From Enterobacteria phage vB_EcoM_IME281: DNA of 64,000 nt. A program made the position numbers and the translations under genes. Shown piece after piece: positions 38,520 through 46,523 of this stretch (its first letter is position 1; each line of letters begins with the position of its first letter). Where the stretch lies: sequence record MH051913. One strand, given 5' to 3'. The notes beneath the pieces are model-generated. The model saw only the letters and a program-made list of their open reading frames with translations. It did no database searches and was not told the origin of the DNA.

Positions 38520-38703
38520 ACCCTTTAAACGGCTTCTTATTGGAGCCGCCTTCAGACTTCGCTCATACGGTAATATTTGTATTAAGCAGACTGAAACCGA
38601 ATATAAAATGGTTGGGCAGTATTCCGATGAAATTTTTCGGATTGAGCCTGTAGCCAAGGTTTGGGTTGATTCACATCAACTTAAGAAGTGGTGGCAACGA
38701 TGA
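38503..38703 (+). CDS. hypothetical basic protein (66 aa)
   Basis: M29 of track ORF 38419. Confidence 0.3.
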   Translation: MALVNKPFKRLLIGAAFRLRSYGNICIKQTETEYKMVGQYSDEIFRIEPVAKVWVDSHQLKKWWQR

Positions 38704-38803
38704 TAACATGGACAGGTGGCTAATGAAAGACGAACATCCGGATTTTTAAGCTATGAATGACGAATACGAAAAAGTTTAAGAGGTTTTATGAATGACGAAT
38801 TCG

Positions 38804-38965
38804 ATGGATTTTGATAAGATTAAATCTGACAAAAATGAGATGATACTTAAATTTGAAGCTGCTCGTATTAAAGCGGAAAATGAAGGTACTATTACCTATA
38901 AGCCTATCAAGTTCAGGTCTTCTCATGAACCTCTGTATGGCGTATTAATTGGTAAAGGAGCTTAG
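38804..38965 (+). CDS. hypothetical protein (53 aa)
   Basis: Not in ORF track; follows three tandem 8-codon mini-ORFs; stop lies inside terminator hairpin. Confidence 0.35.
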   Translation: MDFDKIKSDKNEMILKFEAARIKAENEGTITYKPIKFRSSHEPLYGVLIGKGA

Positions 38966-38976
38966 GCTCCTTTTTT
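38957..38976 (+). terminator. rho-independent terminator
   Basis: GGAGC-TTAG-GCTCC plus T6. Confidence 0.6.
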
Positions 38977-39019
38977 GCTTTATATTCGGATGATAAAATG
39001 AACCAACTGAGGAGAACAT

Positions 39020-39163
39020 ATGGAATTACTTTTAGGATATGTCGTGTTATTCATGGCATTCTACACATTCACACGAGCCTGTTGGATAGGATTCTTTTCT
39101 ACTCCTGATGGGTTCATCTCAATAATTTTATTTTGCATTGCGATAACGGTGCTCGGCTTATGA
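39020..39163 (+). CDS. small membrane protein (47 aa)
   Basis: Not in ORF track; GAGGAGAA RBS; stop overlaps gp47 ATG (ATGA); hydrophobic. Confidence 0.4.
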   Translation: MELLLGYVVLFMAFYTFTRACWIGFFSTPDGFISIILFCIAITVLGL

Positions 39164-40182
39164 AAATATTAAACACTGGTGACTGGCACCTTGGAGTGAA
39201 GGCCGATGATGTGTGGGTACAAAATATCCAACGTCAAGGTATCCAAGACGCTATCAATTATTCTAAAGCAAATGGTATTACCGTGTGGATTCAATACGGT
39301 GATATCTTTGACGTTCGTAAAGCAATTACCCATAAGTGTATGGAATTCGCTCGCGAAATCTCTGATTTGCTTAAAGCTAATGGCATTACCATGTATACCA
39401 TTGTTGGTAATCATGATATGCACTACAAAAATACCTTGACTCCTAACGCAGCTTCTGAAGTTCTGGGTAAATATGACCATATCAAGGTTATTGAGAAACC
39501 TACTACGGTTAACTTTGATGGCACCGAAATTGATTTGATTCCATGGATGTGTGAAGAAAACACTACTGATATCATGGACCATATCAAAAATACCACAGCA
39601 GATTTCTGTATTGGACATTGGGAATTAAATGGTTTCTATTTCTATAAAGGAATGAAATCTCATGGTTTAGAACCTGATTTCCTTAAAAAGTATAAGCAAG
39701 TTTGGTCAGGTCACTTCCACACTATTTCTGATGCAGCAAACGTCAAGTACATTGGTACTCCATGGACCCTTACTGCAGGTGATGAGAACGACCCTCGTGG
39801 TTTCTGGATTTTCGATACCGAAACTCATAAAATGGATTTCATCATTAATGAAACCTGTTGGCATCGTAAGATTCATTATCCTAACGAGACTATCGATTAC
39901 AAAGATTTTACAAATATCGCAGTTCGTGTTATAGTCGATAAAATCGATGACGGTCTTACTAAGTTCGAATCAGAGCTTGAAAAGGTTGTTCACTCTTTAC
40001 GTATTGTGTCTAAGGTAGATAATAGTGTTGATATCGATGATTCTGAAGAGGAAGACGAAGTTAAATCCCTCTTGGATATGATGTATGATTATATCGATGC
40101 CCTTCCTGATGGCCACACTGAAGCCGATGTTAAAGCCCTTAAGACTATGGCTGCACAACTTTATAATGAGGTTACACGATGA
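39160..40182 (+). CDS. 47: recombination endonuclease subunit gp47 (Mre11-like)
   Basis: 340 aa; MKILNTGDWHLGVK..GDIFD..GNHD phosphoesterase motifs; near-collinear with recalled T4 gp47. Confidence 0.9.
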   Translation: MKILNTGDWHLGVKADDVWVQNIQRQGIQDAINYSKANGITVWIQYGDIFDVRKAITHKCMEFAREISDLLKANGITMYTIVGNHDMHYKNTLTPNAASEVLGKYDHIKVIEKPTTVNFDGTEIDLIPWMCEENTTDIMDHIKNTTADFCIGHWELNGFYFYKGMKSHGLEPDFLKKYKQVWSGHFHTISDAANVKYIGTPWTLTAGDENDPRGFWIFDTETHKMDFIINETCWHRKIHYPNETIDYKDFTNIAVRVIVDKIDDGLTKFESELEKVVHSLRIVSKVDNSVDIDDSEEEDEVKSLLDMMYDYIDALPDGHTEADVKALKTMAAQLYNEVTR

Positions 40183-40442
40183 CTTTAGATGAATTCAAAA
40201 AATCGGGACTTGAACTGGAACACGACTGTATAGTTATTGATGATGATGGTCAACCTAGTACAATTAAGTTCTGGTTTGAAGCCGTGAGCACTCGTGATAC
40301 CGGCGAGCTTATTAAAGTTTATGTTGCTACCGATTGGGCTGTAGAATTTAGCTTTAATGTAATGGTAGATGATACTCCAGAAACATTAATTCATATGGCT
40401 GAATCATGCATCAAGGATGCTTATAACGATGAAGACTTTTAA
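40179..40442 (+). CDS. hypothetical acidic protein (87 aa)
   Basis: ORF track; between 47 and 46. Confidence 0.45.
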   Translation: MTLDEFKKSGLELEHDCIVIDDDGQPSTIKFWFEAVSTRDTGELIKVYVATDWAVEFSFNVMVDDTPETLIHMAESCIKDAYNDEDF

Positions 40443-42111
40443 GTTAAAGAAAGTAACGTATAAAAATATTATGTCGGTCGGGCAGCAGCCCATTACAATC
40501 CAACTTGATAAGGTCCAAAAGACCTTAGTCACTGGTAAAAATGGTGCAGGGAAATCAACATTCCTTGAAGCTGTAACATTTGCTCTGTTCGGTAAGCCTT
40601 TTCGTGATGTTAAGAAAGGGCAGTTGATTAACTCAAGTAACAAGAAAGACCTTTTGGTCGAACTGTGGATGGAATATGATGTCAAAGAATACTATATCAA
40701 ACGCGGGCAAAAACCCAACGTTTTTGAAATCTCTTGTGACGGTGAACGTCTTGATGAATCTGCCAGCAGTAAAGACTTCCAAGCGGAATTTGAACAGCTT
40801 ATCGGAATGTCCTACGCAAGCTTCAAACAAATTGTCGTACTCGGCACAGCTGGATATACCCCTTTTATGGGCCTATCCACTCCTGCAAGAAGAAAACTCG
40901 TCGAAGACCTCTTAGAGGTTTCCGTATTAGCGGATATGGATAAGTTGAACAAATCTTTGATTCGTGAGACTAATAGCCAAATCCAAGTAATAGACGTTAA
41001 GCAAGATTCTATTACCCAACAAATTAAAATTTATAATGACAACGAAGAACGCCAACGTAAATTATCTGGCGAGAACGCGGCCCGTCTACAATTAATGTAT
41101 GATGAGCTCGTTAAAGAAGCCAGGACTGCGAAGGCGAGCATAGAATCCCTGACTGATGAATTACTCAATGTTATCGTAGATGATGACCCTAGCGATTCCA
41201 TGAGTGACCTGAGTAATAAAGGATTTGCAATCAAAAATGATATGGCAACCTTTACAAAGGTGGTTAAGTTATACGAAACCGGTGGTCACTGCCCTACGTG
41301 TATGCAAGGGTTAGAAGAGCATGGTAATATCCTTACTAAAATTAAGGATAAAAACTTTGAGCTTCAAAAATCTTTGGATAAGATTAATGAGCAATACCAA
41401 GAGCTCAAGCTCATTAAAGACCAAGTAACCGAACAACGCAATAAAGCATTGGCTATTAAATCTCAGATAGCTACTCATAAGCAGCAAGCCATTACTGCTG
41501 TAGAGAAAGCCAAAAAGGTTAAGGTATTAATTGACCAAGCGGCAGCTGAGTTCGTAAGTAATGCCGAAGAGATTGCTGCGCTTCAAGCAGAGCTTGATAA
41601 AATCGTCTCTACCAAATCGTCCTTGGTAATGGAAAAATATCATCGTGGAATTCTGACAGAAATGTTGAAGGATGCAGGTATTAAAGGTTCCATTATTAAG
41701 AAATACATTCCTATCTTTAATAAGCAGATTAATTCTTATTTGAAGATTATGGAAGCGGACTACGTCTTTACCCTAGACGAAGAATTCAATGAGACGATTA
41801 AATCACGTGGACGTGAAGACTTTAGTTATGCTTCATTTTCACAGGGTGAGAAAGCACGTATTGATATCGCACTACTTTTTACCTGGCGTGATATTGCTGA
41901 AAAAGTCAGTGGAGTCCACATTAGTACATTAGTGTTGGATGAAGTTTTTGATGGAGCAGTTGACGCTGAGGCTGTTAAGGCGATTGCAAGTATTCTTAAT
42001 AGTCTTGAAGACAGTAATGTTTTTATAATCAGCCACAGGGACCATGACCCTCAAGCATATGGTCAGCATTTACAAATGAAAAAGGTTGGTCGATTTACAA
42101 TTATGGAATAA
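40429..42111 (+). CDS. 46: recombination endonuclease subunit gp46 (Rad50/SbcC-like ATPase)
   Basis: 560 aa from M5 of track ORF, same length as T4 gp46; Walker A GKNGAGKST, CxxC hook, C-terminal LILDEVFDG. Confidence 0.9.
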   Translation: MKTFKLKKVTYKNIMSVGQQPITIQLDKVQKTLVTGKNGAGKSTFLEAVTFALFGKPFRDVKKGQLINSSNKKDLLVELWMEYDVKEYYIKRGQKPNVFEISCDGERLDESASSKDFQAEFEQLIGMSYASFKQIVVLGTAGYTPFMGLSTPARRKLVEDLLEVSVLADMDKLNKSLIRETNSQIQVIDVKQDSITQQIKIYNDNEERQRKLSGENAARLQLMYDELVKEARTAKASIESLTDELLNVIVDDDPSDSMSDLSNKGFAIKNDMATFTKVVKLYETGGHCPTCMQGLEEHGNILTKIKDKNFELQKSLDKINEQYQELKLIKDQVTEQRNKALAIKSQIATHKQQAITAVEKAKKVKVLIDQAAAEFVSNAEEIAALQAELDKIVSTKSSLVMEKYHRGILTEMLKDAGIKGSIIKKYIPIFNKQINSYLKIMEADYVFTLDEEFNETIKSRGREDFSYASFSQGEKARIDIALLFTWRDIAEKVSGVHISTLVLDEVFDGAVDAEAVKAIASILNSLEDSNVFIISHRDHDPQAYGQHLQMKKVGRFTIME

Positions 42112-42127
42112 GCCTCTTATTGAGGCT
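42111..42127. terminator. hairpin between convergent genes (possible bidirectional terminator)
   Basis: AGCCTC-TTATT-GAGGCT; T-rich flank on plus strand only. Confidence 0.4.
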
Positions 42128-42833
42128 TCATTTTACAGTTATCGAAATGCCAACGATTCATATTACCGGAATTCCCTTGTTTACCACAATGAGGGCATTC
42201 TACCTTCTTTTCTGATTTTTTGCGTCCGTTAGGATTTTTCTTACAAAAAACTTTATGAGCCGCAATAACACAGGATTTTCCTGAAAGGCCACAGAATTCA
42301 CATTCCACAATTTTATGGACCATGTTTTCTAGGCCTTTCTTTATTTTTAATTTTTGCTCTTCAGATATAGAGCGGTCTACTTTATTAGGGCCTTTAGGAC
42401 AGTTATCGAAATGCCATCTGTTCATATTGCCTACCAATCCAGTTTTGCCACAGTGTGGACAGGTAACTCTAGGCTTTTTTAAAGCGGAAATTGACATTTT
42501 CTTTCTGGTTTCTTCCGAGAATTCTTTATCCTTTTGGGCTTCTGAATTCTTACGACGAAGCCATCCAAATAATTTATTTTTAGACCTATCAGCTTTTGGT
42601 GAGCTAACTGTCATCATTCTTGCTGCATAGACTAACGATGCGTTATCTGGATGGATTTTAACTAACAACTGGTGAGCCAAGTAATGTTCTTCAGGTGTTA
42701 AGTCTACCAAGTTTAAAGCGTCATCCGTCCCACCCATGCATTGTGGTATAATGTGATGACGTTCTTTATAGGTAGTTAAATTTCTATTAACTGCTCGTTG
42801 AATAAGCTTTTCGTATATTGATTTATAATTCAT
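42117..42833 (-). mobile_element. free-standing HNH homing endonuclease gene (238 aa)
   Basis: Only opposite-strand gene in the replication block; MNYKSIYEKL start typical of T4 Mob/Seg enzymes; HNH core HHIIPQCMGGTDDALNLVDLTPEEHYLAH; two C-terminal repeats CPHCGK..GNMNRWHFDNC; inserted where T4 has only 45.2. Confidence 0.75.
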
Positions 42834-42876
42834 TATCAAATCCTTATTTGACACAGCGACCGATAAAGATATTTAT

Positions 42877-43071
42877 ATGGCTTCCAATTTTATAACAGGC
42901 CAGCATTTGTTGGCCGTTCCAGAAATAAAGAGATATGTTTTAGTTAACAACTTCTCTGGAGACGAACATCTTGTTACTGAAGATTATCTCCAAAATGCTT
43001 TTAAGTCAGAATATGTTACAATCATGTCAAATAGAAATCCAGCATGGTTTGTCTATGAGTACTTTGATTAA
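42877..43071 (+). CDS. hypothetical protein (64 aa)
   Basis: ORF track; size and position similar to T4 45.2. Confidence 0.35.
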   Translation: MASNFITGQHLLAVPEIKRYVLVNNFSGDEHLVTEDYLQNAFKSEYVTIMSNRNPAWFVYEYFD

Positions 43072-43073
43072 AT

Positions 43074-43097
43074 TGCTTTAAAATATTGATTTATAAT
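43074..43097 (+). promoter_or_regulatory. candidate MotA-dependent middle promoter
   Basis: MotA-box-like TGCTTTA, 11-nt gap, TATAAT. Confidence 0.45.
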
Positions 43098-43127
43098 ACA
43101 TTTACCAACTAAATGAGAGAAAATATT

Positions 43128-43547
43128 ATGTTTGCTACTTCTAATGGCGTTACCGTTAAAGATATCCAAGTTAAAACCATCCGTACTGATTCCAACCCAC
43201 ATAATCAGAACCGTATCCGTAAATCATGGGTACTGAATATTGATACCGACTCTGCACGCCGACTGCAGTCTCTTCCACAAGAAACCAAGTTTATGCTGTA
43301 CAGTATCATCGATAATGATGTATCTGATAAGTGGATTGAAATCATGCGTAAACACTTTAAAGATTCTTTGGCTGCAGGTGCTAAACTTGTTATCGACCGC
43401 GACGGTTCTGAACGTTTAGAAGATGATTATTGCGTCGACCCTGATGAGCAGTTGCTTGAAGCCGGTTCTATTATTGCTTCCAAGATTCCAGAGTATATTG
43501 AATCTCTGCCTGAATCAATCCGTAAACAAATGATCGTAATTGCTTAA
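43128..43547 (+). CDS. rpbA: RNA polymerase binding protein RpbA-like (139 aa)
   Basis: Position between gp46 and gp45 as T4 rpbA; M6 of track ORF; assignment positional. Confidence 0.45.
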   Translation: MFATSNGVTVKDIQVKTIRTDSNPHNQNRIRKSWVLNIDTDSARRLQSLPQETKFMLYSIIDNDVSDKWIEIMRKHFKDSLAAGAKLVIDRDGSERLEDDYCVDPDEQLLEAGSIIASKIPEYIESLPESIRKQMIVIA

Positions 43548-43572
43548 TAATTTGACTTGATAAGGAAACATT

Positions 43573-44271
43573 ATGAAATTCTCTAAAGAAACCCTGAACA
43601 TTCTTAAAAACTTCTCTGGTATTAACCCAGGCATTATGCTTAAACCAGGTAACACCATTCTGACCCGATCTGTTACCGGTGCAAGTTATGGTGAAGCTAC
43701 TGTAAGTGATACCTTCGATATCGAAGCAGCAATCTATGATTTGAATGGCTTCTTAAGTATTCTGTCTTTGGTATCGGAAAGTGCTGAAGTTTCGGTAAGT
43801 GAAGACCAAACAACATTAATTATTAAAGACCAACGTTCAACAATTAAGTGGCCTATTGCCGACCCAAGCACAATCGCATTCCCAAGTAAAGCTATTCCGT
43901 TCCCTGTGGCCGAAGTTATTTTCGACCTGAAAGCCGAAGATTATCAACAGTTGATGCGTGTGTCCTCTGGTCTGAGTATTGATACATTTGCAATCACTGT
44001 AGACGATGGTAAAATTGTTATCAACGGTTATAAACAAGTCGACGATAAAGAATTAACTCGCCCATTGTATTCTCTGGTCGTGGCCGACCATGATGGTCCT
44101 GACTTTAAGTTCATCATTAACAAAACCAATATGAAAATGATGCCTGCTGATTATCATGTGTTGTTATGGGCGCGCGGTGAAGGTCAGGATGCTCGATTTG
44201 CAGCTAAGTTTGAAGGTACACAAGCTTCTTATGTATTAGCTATGGAAGCAGGCTCAAGCCACTCGTTCTAA
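43573..44271 (+). CDS. 45: sliding clamp gp45
   Basis: 232 aa; MKFSKETLNILKNF..NPGIMLK..AIYDLNGFL..ITVDDGKIVINGY matches recalled T4 gp45. Confidence 0.9.
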   Translation: MKFSKETLNILKNFSGINPGIMLKPGNTILTRSVTGASYGEATVSDTFDIEAAIYDLNGFLSILSLVSESAEVSVSEDQTTLIIKDQRSTIKWPIADPSTIAFPSKAIPFPVAEVIFDLKAEDYQQLMRVSSGLSIDTFAITVDDGKIVINGYKQVDDKELTRPLYSLVVADHDGPDFKFIINKTNMKMMPADYHVLLWARGEGQDARFAAKFEGTQASYVLAMEAGSSHSF

Positions 44272-44332
44272 AGCATAGGGAGGAATTTCCTCCCTTGGAG
44301 TATAATGTAAAAACAAACCTGAGGAAATTAAT

Positions 44333-45292
44333 ATGCTTACAGTAAATAATAATGAATTCATGTGGGAACAGAAATATCGTCCAGGTACTTTATCTGAATG
44401 TATTCTGCCTGCTCATGATAAAGAAACTCTCCAAGCCATTGTTAATAAGGGCCTAATCCCTAACATTATCCTAGTCTCTGCTTCACCAGGCACAGGTAAA
44501 ACTACCGTGGCTAAAGCATTGTGTGCTGATACAAATTCAGACATGTTGTTTGTTAACGGTTCCGACTGTCGTATTGATTTCGTTCGTAACGAACTTACTC
44601 GTTTTGCATCTTCTAAATCTATCGAAGGTAAACGTAAGGTAATTGTTATTGACGAATTCGACCGTGCTGGTGTTGCTGAAGCTCAACGCCACCTTCGTTC
44701 ATTCTTAGAGGCCTATTCCTCAAACTGTTCTGTAATTATTACAGCAAACAATATTGATGGTATCATCGGTCCACTTCAATCCCGTTGTCGTGTAATTAAA
44801 TTTGGTGAAGCCACTCCAGCTGACCAAACAGCCATGATGAAAGAAATGATTCATCGTGCCGTAGCAATTTGTAAAAACGAAAATATCGAAGTCGAAGACC
44901 TTAAAGTTATTGCGGCTTTAGTTAAACAAAACTTCCCTGACTTCCGTAAAACAGTTAACCAACTGGACCGTTATTCCTCAAGTGGTAAAATCGATACAGG
45001 CATTTTGAGTATTGTAATGAATACCAATTCGCCTATTGATGAAGTAGTGGCTGCACTGAAAGATAAAAACTTTAAAGAACTCCGTGCATTAGCTCCTCGT
45101 CATGTCAATGATTATGCCAACTTTATTATGGCATTGGCTAACGAACTCTATGGTAAATTGCCTGGACCAAGCATTGTTAGAATGTATGAAATCATCGGTG
45201 AAAATAACCAATACCATGGTATTGCTGCTAACCCAGAAATTCACCTGACTTATCTGTTTATCCAACTTGCTCTGGAGCTCCAATGGCTATAA
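44333..45292 (+). CDS. 44: clamp loader large subunit gp44 (AAA+)
   Basis: 319 aa; Walker A SPGTGKTT, Walker B VIVIDEFDR, SRC motif QSRCRV; strong match to recalled T4 gp44. Confidence 0.95.
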   Translation: MLTVNNNEFMWEQKYRPGTLSECILPAHDKETLQAIVNKGLIPNIILVSASPGTGKTTVAKALCADTNSDMLFVNGSDCRIDFVRNELTRFASSKSIEGKRKVIVIDEFDRAGVAEAQRHLRSFLEAYSSNCSVIITANNIDGIIGPLQSRCRVIKFGEATPADQTAMMKEMIHRAVAICKNENIEVEDLKVIAALVKQNFPDFRKTVNQLDRYSSSGKIDTGILSIVMNTNSPIDEVVAALKDKNFKELRALAPRHVNDYANFIMALANELYGKLPGPSIVRMYEIIGENNQYHGIAANPEIHLTYLFIQLALELQWL

Positions 45293-45855
45293 GTCTTTTT
45301 GATGATGACGTTGAACTGAATGAACATGAAGTTGCTTGGAAACAACGTAACGACGCTGCTATTCAAGCCTTAGCCGATTCATTTAAAGAAAAGGCTGAAA
45401 ACGAATTGTTTGCCATTATGAACGATATCACATACGGTAAAAAACAACGTAACTTGGCTCAATCGGAAAACTATAATCAATTTTGGCTAGATAATAGTTT
45501 GAGCCAACACGTAGATTGCATTATGCAAGCCGCGATGGTTAACTGTCTTAAACTTGATGACCAAAGTCACTTCAATTATCTTTTACATGCTGTTCCCAAG
45601 GGTAAGAGATTTGGTAAATGGGCTAAGGCCCATGATGATGAAGTTAGTGTAGTTTTTATTACTCGTTTATTGATGAAATACCATTCAATTAATAATGATG
45701 ACGCTTATCGTTATCTCGAGACTTATAAAATTAAAGGCCATCTTCCAGCAATGCTTAAGAAGATGAAAGGGTTGGTTACGGACGAGTTCCTGAAATCCGT
45801 AACTAAAAATGTGAAAGAACAAAAAGACTTGAAAAAGAAAGCATTGGAATGGTAA
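45283..45855 (+). CDS. 62: clamp loader small subunit gp62
   Basis: 190 aa; NEHEVAW..DSFKEKAENE..SHFNYLLHAVPKGKRFGKWAK..KGLVTDEFLK..TKNVKEQK matches recalled T4 gp62. Confidence 0.8.
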   Translation: MAISLFDDDVELNEHEVAWKQRNDAAIQALADSFKEKAENELFAIMNDITYGKKQRNLAQSENYNQFWLDNSLSQHVDCIMQAAMVNCLKLDDQSHFNYLLHAVPKGKRFGKWAKAHDDEVSVVFITRLLMKYHSINNDDAYRYLETYKIKGHLPAMLKKMKGLVTDEFLKSVTKNVKEQKDLKKKALEW

Positions 45856-45861
45856 ATTAAA

Positions 45862-46224
45862 ATGATTGAAATTACTCTGAAACAACCTGAAGACTTTTTG
45901 AAAGTGAAAGAGACCCTGACTCGTATGGGTATCGCTAATAATAAAGAAAAGAAACTATATCAATCCTGTCACATTTTGCAAAAGCAAGGACGGTATTATA
46001 TTGTCCACTTTAAAGAGATGTTGCGTATGGATGGCCGCCAGGTAGATATCGATGGTGAAGACTACCAACGTCGTGATTCTATCGCCCAGCTTCTTAAGGA
46101 TTGGGGACTTATTGATATAGTAGACGATTCTGAATTGTTCGAAATTACTAATAATTTCCGTGTCATTTCCTTTAAACAGAAAAATGACTGGGAACTATTG
46201 TCTAAGTATACGATTGGTAATTAA
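45862..46224 (+). CDS. regA: translational repressor RegA
   Basis: 120 aa; MIEITLKQPEDFLKVKETLTRMGIANNKEK..YQSCHILQK..LRMDGRQV..NNFRVISFKQK matches recalled T4 RegA. Confidence 0.85.
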   Translation: MIEITLKQPEDFLKVKETLTRMGIANNKEKKLYQSCHILQKQGRYYIVHFKEMLRMDGRQVDIDGEDYQRRDSIAQLLKDWGLIDIVDDSELFEITNNFRVISFKQKNDWELLSKYTIGN

Positions 46225-46225
46225 T

Positions 46226-46441
46226 ATGATTCTTGAAATTGAAACGTGTGAACGTCTTAAAGAGGTGTATGGGCTTTCACCAACTCAAACTGTTTTTGAC
46301 CTTTCCGAAGAGCTCCAAATAGAATTTCAAAAGGACCACCATAAGTTACTACATCCAGGTCAGCAAGTCTTCCAGGCTATGATTAAAACTAAAGACGAAG
46401 ATGGCAATCCGACTATTAAACGCTTGACAATAGAAATTTAA
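46226..46441 (+). CDS. hypothetical protein (71 aa)
   Basis: M23 of track ORF 46160; followed by terminator. Confidence 0.4.
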   Translation: MILEIETCERLKEVYGLSPTQTVFDLSEELQIEFQKDHHKLLHPGQQVFQAMIKTKDEDGNPTIKRLTIEI

Positions 46442-46445
46442 GCAA

Positions 46446-46465
46446 AGGGACTTCGGTCCCTTTTT
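46446..46465 (+). terminator. rho-independent terminator
   Basis: AGGGAC-TTCG-GTCCC plus T5. Confidence 0.65.
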
Positions 46466-46523
46466 GGAGTATAATGATTCATCAACAAATAAAAGACAAT
46501 CACTCGTCTATAAAGGAAATGAA

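Noticed and set aside
42117-42854. HNH endonuclease as part of a group I intron
   Set aside because: No split host gene: gp46 ends at 42111 and rpbA starts at 43128, both intact; the endonuclease is free-standing and intergenic.
46464-46523. N-terminal extension of gene 43 and other extended starts in the ORF track
   Set aside because: Track starts at 46464, 56094, 57603, 4746, 13746, 30477 and others are TTG/GTG codons in leader sequence; the first ATG with an RBS, and alignment to the T4 N-terminus where available, was preferred.
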